Positions 45,175 through 55,171 of a DNA stretch of 64,000 bases are shown here, piece after piece. Under the pieces are notes generated by a model. That model was not told the origin of the DNA. It saw only the letters and a program-made list of their open reading frames with translations, and made no database searches. Every line of letters starts with the position of its first letter. Within the stretch, counting starts at the first letter, position 1. Where the stretch lies: the IMG/VR virus record IMGVR_UViG_3300025128_000015, positions 96,001 through 160,000 of that record; one strand, given 5' to 3'. Source of the DNA: a virus. The translations under genes and the position numbers were made by a program.

Positions 45175-45440
45175 CAGAAAAAAACGAAGGCAGTCCGTGG
45201 ACAAACGCCGGATTTTTCAACACGTATGAATTAGCAAAAGAAAAAGTAACAAAAATTCAAGAAAACAATAATTTGCAAACAAAAATTCGTAGAAGAGCAA
45301 ATGGAATGTTTCTTGTAAAATATCGAAAAGATCCAGCTCTTATAAAAGAGGAGGAAGTTAAAAATGTCAAAAAAAGTGGAAAATCTCGTAAATCAAATAC
45401 AATTAAACGAGAGCCTAAATTCGATGCGTCAAGTATTTGA
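45171..45440 (+). CDS. Hypothetical protein
   Basis: SD GAGGA. Confidence 0.65.
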   Translation: MTEKNEGSPWTNAGFFNTYELAKEKVTKIQENNNLQTKIRRRANGMFLVKYRKDPALIKEEEVKNVKKSGKSRKSNTIKREPKFDASSI

Positions 45441-45552
45441 GCGTTATCCTTATCTAGGTGAATTATATTATAAAGAATTACAAGGTGAAGATGTAGATCT
45501 CACCGAATTTAACAGACAGCTTAAAGAAAAGAAAAATCTATTATTGGGGTAA
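45364..45552 (+). CDS. Hypothetical protein overlapping the upstream gene by 77 nt
   Basis: Strong SD GAGGAGG at about 45349. Confidence 0.55.
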   Translation: MSKKVENLVNQIQLNESLNSMRQVFERYPYLGELYYKELQGEDVDLTEFNRQLKEKKNLLLG

Positions 45553-45554
45553 AG

Positions 45555-45803
45555 ATGAGCGCAGTATCAATATTAAATGCAGTTAGACAAAGATTTAAAG
45601 CCGAAGAATCAACGGCCGCAGCAACACTTGAATTATACGTTAATAAAGCTGCAGCAATTGCTGATCACTCTGATATAATCGGTGAAGTGGAAAAACAGAT
45701 TCGAGTATTGACAGAAGCACGCGAATGCCTAGCTGTAATTGAATCTGTGATGCCTAGCACAGCCCCACAAACGATTAATAACTCTACAGAAGGTGAAGCT
45801 TAG
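45555..45803 (+). CDS. Hypothetical helical phage protein
   Basis: LELYVNKAAAIADHSDII.EVE pattern. Confidence 0.7.
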   Translation: MSAVSILNAVRQRFKAEESTAAATLELYVNKAAAIADHSDIIGEVEKQIRVLTEARECLAVIESVMPSTAPQTINNSTEGEA

Positions 45804-46536
45804 GGTCCTCGCCATTATCGCTTACAACGTCTGTTAAGAATATTTTTAGTTGTTCGTGTGTGGCTGAGAAAGAAACGTGGTGAAAGTTTCTGTGAACTGA
45901 GTGTACCATCCCAACTAACTCTCCGCTAGAATTTACTATGGGTGAACCGGAAGAGCCTGGATATACAGGAATTGTATAGAGAGCATATACTCCGTAAAAT
46001 ACACCCGCATATTTGCCTTCAAACAAAGGTACTACGCCAGGATTAAATACTCCTGCAGGCGCCGCAAAGTTGAAATACTTTTTGTTTTTTTCTGGAGGGC
46101 CGGAAGATAAATGAAGAACTGGTATAGATAATTTCTTTTCTTTGCCTTTTAGCAAGCAAATATCAGCTTCTGCATTCTGTTTTACAACTTCTAAGATATG
46201 TCTTTCACCACTTACATCAACTGCACTTATTTTTATTTCTGGCTTATATCCAAGCTGTATCGCTGGATTAACAACATCAGAATAATCACAAACATGATTT
46301 GCGGTCAGAATATGAACTTGGCCTCTGTATAATACTCCCGCCCCAGATGCAACAGAACCAGCATTTAATTTTTGGTCTATACCATCGACAGAACGAACCA
46401 GTGATATCATTACATCCATTTTTACAAAAGTGTTCTTTACTTTTGCAGGATTTGATAGTACATTGTTATGAGCACATGAACTAATGGTTAAGATTAAAAT
46501 TGTTAGTAAACAAACTTTCAATGTTTTCAAAATCAT
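45784..46536 (-). CDS. Trypsin-like serine protease lipoprotein
   Basis: ISSC lipobox; triad motifs LTANHVC, ADICLL, PGSSGSP. Confidence 0.9.
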   Translation of the reverse strand: MILKTLKVCLLTILILTISSCAHNNVLSNPAKVKNTFVKMDVMISLVRSVDGIDQKLNAGSVASGAGVLYRGQVHILTANHVCDYSDVVNPAIQLGYKPEIKISAVDVSGERHILEVVKQNAEADICLLKGKEKKLSIPVLHLSSGPPEKNKKYFNFAAPAGVFNPGVVPLFEGKYAGVFYGVYALYTIPVYPGSSGSPIVNSSGELVGMVHSVHRNFHHVSFSATHEQLKIFLTDVVSDNGEDPKLHLL

Positions 46537-46588
46537 ATTAGTAACTATGATGCAAATGACTAATTACTGATATTAAGGCTAAAAATTT

Positions 46589-47896
46589 ATGAAAAGAATA
46601 TATGTTCTCGATACGAATGTTCTATTAACAGATCATCAATCGATATATGGATACGGTAACAACGACATTATAATCCCTCTTAAGGTGCTTGAAGAAATTG
46701 ATAAGCACAAAAAACGTCATGACGGCGTTGGTGCTAATGCCAGAGGCATCATAAGAACTCTAGACGGACTTAGGGCTAGTGGAAATCTGCACAAAGGTGT
46801 GAGGTTAAGAAAAAAACTTGGAATCGTTTCTGTAAAAGGGTTTGATTCGAATCATTTTCCACCAGATTTAGATAGAGAAGACTCAGATAATCAAATTATA
46901 TGTACTGCTCTAACTGAAAAGGCTGCGACCAAAAGAAAGGTTATTGTTGTTTCTAGAGATATCAATATGCGCGTCAAATGTGATTCGTTAGGAATGTTGT
47001 GTGAAGATTATGCCTCTGAGAAGGTCGTACAAGACACTTCTAAGCTATATACCGGGTTTGCCCTTCACCTCGTCGATGATCAAGTTGTAGACCAATTCTA
47101 CGCTGGTGAAGACGTTTTTATAGATGAGGAAGAGATCAAACTGAGTACTCAACAATTTGTTATGCTTGTCTCTAATCAAAATGAGAAGAAAACTGCTCTT
47201 GCTAAATTTACGGATTATAATACTCCAGTTAGAAAAATTAACGACTACCAGAAAAATGGCATATGGGGATTACGTCCTAGAAATAAAGAACAGCAGTTCG
47301 CTTTAGATTTGCTGATGGATGAGAACATTAATATTGTTACAATTATCGGCAAAGCTGGATCTGGTAAATCTTTGATGGCCATTGCTTCTGGTTTGGAGCA
47401 AGTCGTAGAAACTGGTCGTTATAAAAAGATGGTTGTTTCTCGTCCAGTTGAGCCTATGGGGAAAGATATTGGATTTCTACCTGGAACAATGGAAGAGAAA
47501 ATGAGGCCATGGTTGATGCCTATACAAGATAATCTAGAATTCCTGATGAATGGACAGCATGAAAACATGGAACATCTTTTTGAAGACAAGACAATAGAAA
47601 TTGAAGCTCTTACTTATATTAGGGGGCGATCTATATCAAAAGCTTTCATTATTATTGATGAAGCTCAGAATTTAACAACTCATGAACTTAAGACTATTAT
47701 TACAAGAGTTGGAGAAGGAAGTAAAGTTATCCTCACAGGTGATATCGAACAAATTGATAATGTCTATATCGACTCGACGTCAAATGGATTATCTTATGCA
47801 GTTGAAAAATTTAAGACATATGATATATCCGGACATGTAACGCTGCAAAAAGGTGAACGTTCCAAGATCGCTACACTGGCAGCTAAAATTTTGTGA
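46589..47896 (+). CDS. phoH: PIN-domain PhoH-family ATPase
   Basis: YVLDTNVLL PIN, GKAGSGKS, RGRS, IIDEAQN, GDIEQID. Confidence 0.92.
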   Translation: MKRIYVLDTNVLLTDHQSIYGYGNNDIIIPLKVLEEIDKHKKRHDGVGANARGIIRTLDGLRASGNLHKGVRLRKKLGIVSVKGFDSNHFPPDLDREDSDNQIICTALTEKAATKRKVIVVSRDINMRVKCDSLGMLCEDYASEKVVQDTSKLYTGFALHLVDDQVVDQFYAGEDVFIDEEEIKLSTQQFVMLVSNQNEKKTALAKFTDYNTPVRKINDYQKNGIWGLRPRNKEQQFALDLLMDENINIVTIIGKAGSGKSLMAIASGLEQVVETGRYKKMVVSRPVEPMGKDIGFLPGTMEEKMRPWLMPIQDNLEFLMNGQHENMEHLFEDKTIEIEALTYIRGRSISKAFIIIDEAQNLTTHELKTIITRVGEGSKVILTGDIEQIDNVYIDSTSNGLSYAVEKFKTYDISGHVTLQKGERSKIATLAAKIL

Positions 47897-47946
47897 TTAA
47901 CTTTACTTATTATTTGTTGTTATTATAATATATAAAAGGAGAAATT

Positions 47947-48264
47947 ATGAGCGTGGACGATAAAACTAACAACTCTTTATTACAAAAAAAAGTAAATATT
48001 TTGTATGGACAAGATGAAACAAATCCACTAAAAAAGATGATTGTCGAATATGTCGGCGGCAAACTTAAGCCTGAAAACGATGAGGTTACACTAGAGATGG
48101 TTGTAAACGAATTGGCTAATGAATTTGAAGAATTAGTATTACCTCTGGCTGAAGAAAATTGGATTCGTGGATATCACCAAGCCATGGAAGATGTGACAGA
48201 AGGGGAAAAGTTATATCAAGAGCAATTAGAGAAACATAATAACGATCAAGATGACAAGGAATAA
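47947..48264 (+). CDS. Hypothetical protein
   Basis: SD AAGGAG; ENWIRGYHQAMED. Confidence 0.7.
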   Translation: MSVDDKTNNSLLQKKVNILYGQDETNPLKKMIVEYVGGKLKPENDEVTLEMVVNELANEFEELVLPLAEENWIRGYHQAMEDVTEGEKLYQEQLEKHNNDQDDKE

Positions 48265-48949
48265 TTTAACTAGATTTATAAAAGACTCTCAAAGCGAAAG
48301 TGTGAGTAAGATAGGCGAGTATAATTTAACAAGAAGTGTTAACATATTCGTTTTAGAAGCATTACCAGAAAATATTGATATACAAAAGATAATGACTTAT
48401 CTAAGAACAAATGTTCCAGATTATTATTTAAATTTAATCGATGTTATATATGTTGGACAGATTCCAGAGTTCAAAGAAAGAAAAATCAATGCAATGGTAA
48501 AAGATGGGGCTCTGTATATCACTAACGAACAAAGTAATGATCTAGATATGATAGACGATATTATTCATGAAGTCGCTCACTTGGTAGAAGAAAGATTTAC
48601 AGATAGTATATACGGTGACGACGAAATCGAAAATGAGTTTATCAGGAAAAGAACTGTTCTTCGAAGAGTTTTAAAGTATGAAAATTACGTCGTCGATGAG
48701 CACGATTTCGGAAAAATTGAATACGATCAAGAGTTTGATCTTTTCTTAAAAGACAAAGTAGGATACCAAAAATTAAGAATATTTGCACAGAATATCTTCG
48801 CTTCGCCATATGCGGCCACATCACTACGTGAATACTTTGCAGATGGATTTGAAGATTTCTATTTAGGAAGAAAACTAAATCTAAACAAGATTAGTCCAGT
48901 ATTATATAATAAATTGGAGGATTTAAACAATGAAATTCAAAATTACTGA
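48251..48949 (+). CDS. Zincin-like (HExxH) protein
   Basis: IIHEVAH and SPYAATSLREYFA. Confidence 0.6.
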   Translation: MTRNNLTRFIKDSQSESVSKIGEYNLTRSVNIFVLEALPENIDIQKIMTYLRTNVPDYYLNLIDVIYVGQIPEFKERKINAMVKDGALYITNEQSNDLDMIDDIIHEVAHLVEERFTDSIYGDDEIENEFIRKRTVLRRVLKYENYVVDEHDFGKIEYDQEFDLFLKDKVGYQKLRIFAQNIFASPYAATSLREYFADGFEDFYLGRKLNLNKISPVLYNKLEDLNNEIQNY

Positions 48950-49313
48950 ACAAAAGAAAAATAACACAGTCACCTTAAATGTAAAATTAACTAAGAGTGA
49001 AATTAAAAGCGAGTCAACTGTAAACTATGGATGGCGCTCCGCAAAAGAAAAGTTAAAGCAAGAAGGGTATAATTTAGGAAAAATGCTTGAATATACCACC
49101 CTAATGAACAAGTTTGCTGTTTACGAAGGCGATTTTATTTTTGTCGTTGAACCTGTTTTGTCTGAAACAATCACATCTGAAATAAAGGTTGTAGTTCCAC
49201 CAACATTAAAAGTTGACAAAAAAGAAACGGTTCCTACGTTAAAAGAGGAAGTTAAAAGTCCTCCTCGGCCAACGACAAAGAGCACAAGAAGGACTTCTAG
49301 AAAAAAGAAGTAA
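48930..49313 (+). CDS. Hypothetical protein
   Basis: SD GGAGG; basic tail. Confidence 0.65.
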   Translation: MKFKITEQKKNNTVTLNVKLTKSEIKSESTVNYGWRSAKEKLKQEGYNLGKMLEYTTLMNKFAVYEGDFIFVVEPVLSETITSEIKVVVPPTLKVDKKETVPTLKEEVKSPPRPTTKSTRRTSRKKK

Positions 49314-49316
49314 AAC

Positions 49317-50084
49317 ATGTCTCACATTTCATTTTCGGAAATTAAAAACTGGAACCAATGCGCCCACTATCATAAGTTAACTTATATTGATAAACTCAAA
49401 GGTTTTGAAGGTAATCTATATACTGCTTTTGGTTCTGCTTTGCATACTGTTTGTGAGAAGATTATTATTAAAGATATCAAAGACAAAAAGTCTCTTTTTC
49501 AATTATCTTTTTCTAATGAAATCAACAACTTGCCAAAGACCATTCAAGAGAATATCAACACAAAAATGGTGTCTGATATGCGTCGACAAGGTGATATGTT
49601 AGTTGATTTAATCTTGCCTCAACTAAAGAAGAACTTTGAAAAGTTTGAAGTTGTTTCTGTTGAGGAAAAGATTTACGAACCTATTGAAAACCATGACCGT
49701 AAATTTAAAGGATTTATCGACTTAGTTATTAAAACTGAAGATGGTAAATATCACGTAATCGATTGGAAATCATGTTCTTGGGGTTGGGACATGAAAAGAA
49801 AGTCTGATCCAATGACTACATACCAGCTTACATTCTATAAGCATTATTTTGCTAAAAAGCATAATATCGACCCTAAAAAGATTGAAACTTACTTTGCCTT
49901 ACTTAAAAGAACTGCAAAGAAAGACAACGTTGAAGTATACCGCGTAACCAGCGGAGATCGTAAAACTGAAAATGCGCTTAACTTATTGGACAAAGTGTTG
50001 TATAATATAAAGCGCAAGAACTACTTCAAAAACCGTCTTTCTTGCAAGAGGTGTGAATTCTATAAAACAGAATATTGCACTTAA
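49317..50084 (+). CDS. PD-(D/E)xK nuclease, Cas4/AddB-like
   Basis: GFIDLV, DWKS, YQL; N-terminal Cys plus C-terminal CKRC...C suggesting an Fe-S cluster. Confidence 0.85.
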   Translation: MSHISFSEIKNWNQCAHYHKLTYIDKLKGFEGNLYTAFGSALHTVCEKIIIKDIKDKKSLFQLSFSNEINNLPKTIQENINTKMVSDMRRQGDMLVDLILPQLKKNFEKFEVVSVEEKIYEPIENHDRKFKGFIDLVIKTEDGKYHVIDWKSCSWGWDMKRKSDPMTTYQLTFYKHYFAKKHNIDPKKIETYFALLKRTAKKDNVEVYRVTSGDRKTENALNLLDKVLYNIKRKNYFKNRLSCKRCEFYKTEYCT

Positions 50085-50102
50085 TCTTTTAAGGAGAAAA
50101 AG

Positions 50103-51371
50103 TTGGATAAGAAAATTAAGGTATTGGTCTTGAGTGATCACCCGCTAAGTCCATCCGGAGTTGGCACTCAAACAAAATACATGATTGAAAGCCTGTTAAA
50201 GACAGGTAAATTTAGTTTTTACTGTATCGCTGGTGCGATGAAACATCATGACTACAGTATAACAAAAGTTGATGGATATGGTGATGATTGGGTTATTATG
50301 CCTGTTGATGGATATGGGACACCAGATCATATGCGCACGCTTTTAAGAAATGAAAAACCAGATATTGTTTGGTTTATGACTGACCCAAGATTTTGGGGTT
50401 GGCTCTGGGAAATGGAAGATGAAATCCGTCCAGTAGCTCCTATGGTCTATTATCATGTTTGGGACAACTATCCTTATCCAACTTTTAATAAGCCAAACTA
50501 TTCTTCAAATGATGTTATTGCTTGTATTTCAAAAGTTACTCATGACATTGTACAAAATGTTGCACCGAATGTCGAAAGCCACTATCTTCCACATTCAGTA
50601 AATACTGACATCTTTAGTAAAATTGAAGAAGATACAGTTAAACAATTTAGAGACAGCCACTTTCCAAGTAACGATGATAAATTTTTGGTTTTTTGGAATA
50701 ATAGAAACGCTCGCCGTAAACAAAGTGGATCATTAATTTATTGGTTTAAGGCTTTCTTAGATAAAGTTGGCCATGATAAAGCACAATTATTGATGCATAC
50801 TGATGTAAAAGATCCTCATGGACAAGATCTAGAGGCAATCGTGCACAGTTTAGGGTTGATTAATGGCGAGGTATTATTCTCACAAGCCAAGATTCCATCA
50901 ACACATATGGCTATTTTATATAATATGGCTGATTGTACAATCAATGTATCGGATGCTGAAGGCTTTGGTTTATCGACTTTTGAGTCTTTAGCATGTGAAA
51001 CACCTATTATTGTTAATATGACTGGAGGGCTGCAAGAACAAGTTACAGATGGTAAAAACTGGTTTGGTGTTGGTATTGAACCTTCTTCGAAAGCCATCAT
51101 CGGATCGCAGGAAATACCATGGATCTATGAAGACAGAGTATCAGAAGAATCTGTAGTTGATGCTTTGACAAAATTATATAACATGTCTAAAGAAGAACGG
51201 AATGAGCTAGGTAAAGCCGGCCGTGAACACGTCATGAATAACTATAACTTTGAACAATACACCAAAAGGTGGGAAGAATTACTGCTGGGAGTACATGAAC
51301 GTTATGGCTCTTGGGAAAATAGGAAGGGATATAAATCCTGGGAATTAATTGAAATTGGAGTAGCAGCATAA
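50103..51371 (+). CDS. GT4-like glycosyltransferase
   Basis: NRNARRKQ, EGFGLSTFESLACETPII. Confidence 0.9.
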   Translation: MDKKIKVLVLSDHPLSPSGVGTQTKYMIESLLKTGKFSFYCIAGAMKHHDYSITKVDGYGDDWVIMPVDGYGTPDHMRTLLRNEKPDIVWFMTDPRFWGWLWEMEDEIRPVAPMVYYHVWDNYPYPTFNKPNYSSNDVIACISKVTHDIVQNVAPNVESHYLPHSVNTDIFSKIEEDTVKQFRDSHFPSNDDKFLVFWNNRNARRKQSGSLIYWFKAFLDKVGHDKAQLLMHTDVKDPHGQDLEAIVHSLGLINGEVLFSQAKIPSTHMAILYNMADCTINVSDAEGFGLSTFESLACETPIIVNMTGGLQEQVTDGKNWFGVGIEPSSKAIIGSQEIPWIYEDRVSEESVVDALTKLYNMSKEERNELGKAGREHVMNNYNFEQYTKRWEELLLGVHERYGSWENRKGYKSWELIEIGVAA

Positions 51372-53467
51372 TGAAAAAGAAAATATTAATTAGAGGACCA
51401 GTTTTAACACAATCAGGATATGGAGAACATTGTAGATTTCTTTTAAGATCTCTTCGTAAATATGAAGATATATTTGATTTATATCTTATCGCTGTAAACT
51501 GGGGAAGGACAAATTGGCAATTTGAACAGACTGAAGAAAGAGTATGGTTTGACAAGTTAATCAAAAAAACTCACGAACATATCCATAATAAGAAAGGTCC
51601 TGTTGATATATCCATTCAAGTAACAATTCCGAATGAGTGGGAGAAATTAGCTCCCGTCAATATTGGTGTAACTGCCGGTATCGAAACTGACAGAATCAGT
51701 AAAAACTGGATTCAAAAGTCTCAAATCATGGATAAGATTATTGTGGTATCAGAACACGCAAAAAAAGGTTTTACTAATACAAAATATGATGTTGTCGATG
51801 CAAATACAGGACAAGAAGTTAAAGGCTGGAAATGTCTGGTACCGGTTGATGTCGTACATTATCCGGTTAAAAGTTTGGAGAAAACAGATCTAGATCTTAA
51901 TCTAAAACACAAGTTTAACTTTTTGACAGTTGCGCAATGGGGTCCAAGAAAGAATCTTAAAAACACAATTAAGTGGTTTATGGACGAATTCAGAAATGAT
52001 AAGGTTGGACTGGTTGTAAAAACAAACTTAGCTAAAAATTGTGTATTAGATCGACTTGCTATGACAAACAAAATAAAAAGCATAGTAAGCAAATTCCCAG
52101 ATGCAAAATGTTCAGTGCATTTATTACATGGTTATATGTCAGAAAAGGAGATGAATGGGCTTTATACTCACCCAAAAATTAAGGCTTTGGTTTCCCTAAC
52201 TCATGGTGAAGGTTTCGGACTTCCCTTATTTGAGGCTGCATATAATGGACTTCCGGTAATTGCTACTAACTGGAGTGGGCATTTAGACTTTTTACATATG
52301 CCTACAACAAGTAAGAAAGGCAAAACTAAAGTTAAACCAATGTTTTCTAGAATTGCATATGAATTAAAAGAAATTAAAAAGCCGGCAGTCTGGCCAGGAG
52401 TTATTGACACTGATGCCATGTGGGCTTTTGCTGAGAAAGGATCTTATAAAATGAGGCTTCGAGATGCTTTTAAAGATATTGGAAGGCATAAATCTGAAGC
52501 AAAGAAATTGCAGAAGCATATTATAGAAAATTTCACTGAAGAAAAGCAAAACTTAGACTTTGCAACAAAGATTTTAGGAGATGGTGTTACTAAAGCCGAG
52601 AACGCTAAATACGTATTCGTAAGTGATTTCTTTGCAAACCAGCTTCAAGGAGGGGCAGAATTAAGCCTGCAAACTCTAATCGATAAAGCTGCAGAGGAGA
52701 GTATTCAAATTAATTCGTCAGATTTAACAGTAGAATACGTTGAAAGAAACAAAGATAAGACTTGGATTTTTGGTAACTTTACGCAAGTTTCTAAAGATGC
52801 AATTCAGAAGATAGTTAAAGAAAAAATCAATTATAATATAGTTGAATTTGATTATAAATTCTGCAAATATAGAAACTTAGAGTTACATGAAACACTAGAA
52901 GGAGAGCCGTGTAATTGTGCAAGCGAAGAGCATGGACAAGAAATTGGTAAGTTCCTTTCCAGTGCACAAAATGTTTTCTTTATGTCTTCAGTCCAGATGG
53001 ACGCACACTTAAAAAATATTAAGTCTCTTAAAAAATCTAGATGTATTGTGTTGTCATCAATTTTTGATGATAAGTTCTTTGACACAATTAAACGATTAAG
53101 AGAAGTATACAACAAAAAAGAAGATAAGTGGGTTGTGTCATCGTCACCATCATGGGTTAAGGGCTCTAAAGAAGCAGAACAATGGTGTGTCGAAAATAAC
53201 AAAGATTATAATAAGATGCATGGATTATCTTACAAGGACGCATTAGTGACTTTGGCCAAATCAAAAGGATTATGTTTCTTGCCAACCGGAGGAGATACTT
53301 GCCCTAGATTGGTTATTGAAGCTAAATTATTGAACTGTGAGCTTGAGCTAAACGATAATGTGCAGCATGTTACAGAAGATTGGTTTAGCACAGATGATTT
53401 ACAAGTAACAGAAGAGTATTTGAAAGGACGCCCAGAAGTATTCTGGAAAAAGGTGAGTGGTGTCTGA
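51371..53467 (+). CDS. Two-domain glycosyltransferase (GT4-like plus a second GT-B domain)
   Basis: SGYGEH, HGEGFGLPLFEAA, DTCPRLVIEAKL. Confidence 0.85.
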   Translation: MKKKILIRGPVLTQSGYGEHCRFLLRSLRKYEDIFDLYLIAVNWGRTNWQFEQTEERVWFDKLIKKTHEHIHNKKGPVDISIQVTIPNEWEKLAPVNIGVTAGIETDRISKNWIQKSQIMDKIIVVSEHAKKGFTNTKYDVVDANTGQEVKGWKCLVPVDVVHYPVKSLEKTDLDLNLKHKFNFLTVAQWGPRKNLKNTIKWFMDEFRNDKVGLVVKTNLAKNCVLDRLAMTNKIKSIVSKFPDAKCSVHLLHGYMSEKEMNGLYTHPKIKALVSLTHGEGFGLPLFEAAYNGLPVIATNWSGHLDFLHMPTTSKKGKTKVKPMFSRIAYELKEIKKPAVWPGVIDTDAMWAFAEKGSYKMRLRDAFKDIGRHKSEAKKLQKHIIENFTEEKQNLDFATKILGDGVTKAENAKYVFVSDFFANQLQGGAELSLQTLIDKAAEESIQINSSDLTVEYVERNKDKTWIFGNFTQVSKDAIQKIVKEKINYNIVEFDYKFCKYRNLELHETLEGEPCNCASEEHGQEIGKFLSSAQNVFFMSSVQMDAHLKNIKSLKKSRCIVLSSIFDDKFFDTIKRLREVYNKKEDKWVVSSSPSWVKGSKEAEQWCVENNKDYNKMHGLSYKDALVTLAKSKGLCFLPTGGDTCPRLVIEAKLLNCELELNDNVQHVTEDWFSTDDLQVTEEYLKGRPEVFWKKVSGV

Positions 53468-54182
53468 TATTATTCAAACAATGTGGGTCGGTAATAAACT
53501 CTCTACAATGGAAAGGCTAAGCCTTAGTTCTTTTGTTAAGAATGGGCACGATGTACATTTATATACATATTCTGATGTAGAGGGAGTTCCCGAAGGTGTA
53601 GAAATAAAAGATGGAAATACCATCTTGCCTGAAGACATGATTTTTATGTATAAGGATCATAAGAGCTATTCAGCTTTCTCAAATTATTTTAGGTATAAAT
53701 TGTTGTCTGAAAAAGGTGGATACTGGGTTGATACCGATGTTATTTGTTTAAAGAAATTTGATTTCAAAGCACCTTTTGTATTTTGTTCCGAAGAGGTTCT
53801 TCCTCTTAATCAGGGGAACACTCATATTGGCTCATGTATTATTAAGATGCCGGCTGGCAATCCAATTGCCTTAGATGCATTTGAGACTTGCATGGAGAAA
53901 AAAAGAGAAATGCTAGTTTGGGGAGAAATTGGACCTCGACTAGTAAAACAAATGGTAGAGAAATACAGTATGAATTTCTTTGTGAAACCACCAGAAACAT
54001 TTTGTCCCATTCCGGGGTGCATGTGGAATCTTGTTTTAAATCCCGAACAGGAGATTAATTTTGGTGAAGAGACTTACGCAATCCATCTTTGGAATGAAAT
54101 GTGGCGCCGTAGTAATGCAGATAAAAATGCAAAATACCCAGAGCGCTCGTACTATGAGAAGTTGAAAGCAAGGTATTTGTAA
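53457..54182 (+). CDS. DXD glycosyltransferase (GT32-like)
   Basis: FSNYFRYKLLSEKGGYWVDTDV, WGEIGP, IHLWNE. Confidence 0.85.
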   Translation: MVSDIIQTMWVGNKLSTMERLSLSSFVKNGHDVHLYTYSDVEGVPEGVEIKDGNTILPEDMIFMYKDHKSYSAFSNYFRYKLLSEKGGYWVDTDVICLKKFDFKAPFVFCSEEVLPLNQGNTHIGSCIIKMPAGNPIALDAFETCMEKKREMLVWGEIGPRLVKQMVEKYSMNFFVKPPETFCPIPGCMWNLVLNPEQEINFGEETYAIHLWNEMWRRSNADKNAKYPERSYYEKLKARYL

Positions 54183-55171
54183 TGCTCAATATATTGTATT
54201 TGTGTGATAAGAATACATACGACACAAAGATGTCTAGGGTTCGATTTCACGGTATGCGAGCCGTAGGGAAAAGAAAAGACGTTAATCTAGTCTGGTCCGG
54301 ACCTGGCTGGAAAGGCTTTAATAAAAATAAGTCAGCCAGTAAAAACATTGACAATCTCTATAAAGGTAAAAAACCAGATTTAGTCGTAGCATATAAACCC
54401 TTGAATTTAATTAAGTTTCGAGATTTAGATATTCCAAAATGTCTTCGCTACAATGAGATGTATGATGTTGATTGGACTAATAAAGAAATACTTGATAGTC
54501 GATCAAATTTGATTATATGTCATCATGAAAACGATATGAACTATTATAAGAAATCTTATTTTATGAAAAGAATTGATCATAATCTAAGATTTTATAACAT
54601 TCCCCATGCGGCCGAACAGGTTATTTACAGAGATTATGGCATGCCAAAGAAATATGATATTCTTCTTGCTGGTGCTGTTTTCACCAAATCATTATTGGGA
54701 GATCATTATCCTTTGCGAATCCGGTTGGCTAGAGATATTCTTCCTAAGTTGTCTAAGAATTATAAATGTAATATACTAAAACATCCAGGCGGAAACTTGT
54801 ACAATGCAGCTTCAGATCAGAATAGTTTCTTTTATGCACAGCAACTGAGTTCAGCTAAAATCTGTATTACATGTAGTGGCCAGCCTAGATCTAGATTTGG
54901 AAAATATATTGAAATTCCGATGTGCGGAACTGCTCTCGCAGCAGATATGCCAGGAGAACAGCAAGATCAATTTAAAGAGTTTATGATTGAGATTAACATG
55001 TCTATGACAGACGAAGAAATAATTAATAAACTTTCTTATTATCTAGATAACGAAGAAGAACTAAATAAGATTACAAATAAAGGCATGGAATATGCCAAGA
55101 ATCATACGCAAGAGAAGTATGCAGAAAGCTTTGTTAATATTGTAAAAGAGTTTTTAGAGGAGACCAAATGA
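54182..55171 (+). CDS. Glycosyltransferase-family protein (CgeB-like GT-B)
   Basis: KYIEIPMCGTAL-type C-terminal motif; cluster context. Confidence 0.65.
   Translation: MLNILYLCDKNTYDTKMSRVRFHGMRAVGKRKDVNLVWSGPGWKGFNKNKSASKNIDNLYKGKKPDLVVAYKPLNLIKFRDLDIPKCLRYNEMYDVDWTNKEILDSRSNLIICHHENDMNYYKKSYFMKRIDHNLRFYNIPHAAEQVIYRDYGMPKKYDILLAGAVFTKSLLGDHYPLRIRLARDILPKLSKNYKCNILKHPGGNLYNAASDQNSFFYAQQLSSAKICITCSGQPRSRFGKYIEIPMCGTALAADMPGEQQDQFKEFMIEINMSMTDEEIINKLSYYLDNEEELNKITNKGMEYAKNHTQEKYAESFVNIVKEFLEETK

Larger units (their letters stand above)
5683..46567. promoter_or_regulatory. Dispersed late-type upstream motif CTAnTTAy
   Basis: At 5683, 13428, 16535, 18094, 19176, 21867(-), 25767, 28168, 30235, 34360, 36776, 38146, 39352, 46558; each is on the coding strand about 5-50 nt before a start. 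Confidence 0.6.

Noticed and set aside
49317-50084. CRISPR-Cas system
   Set aside because: Solo Cas4-like nuclease with no other cas genes or array in the window
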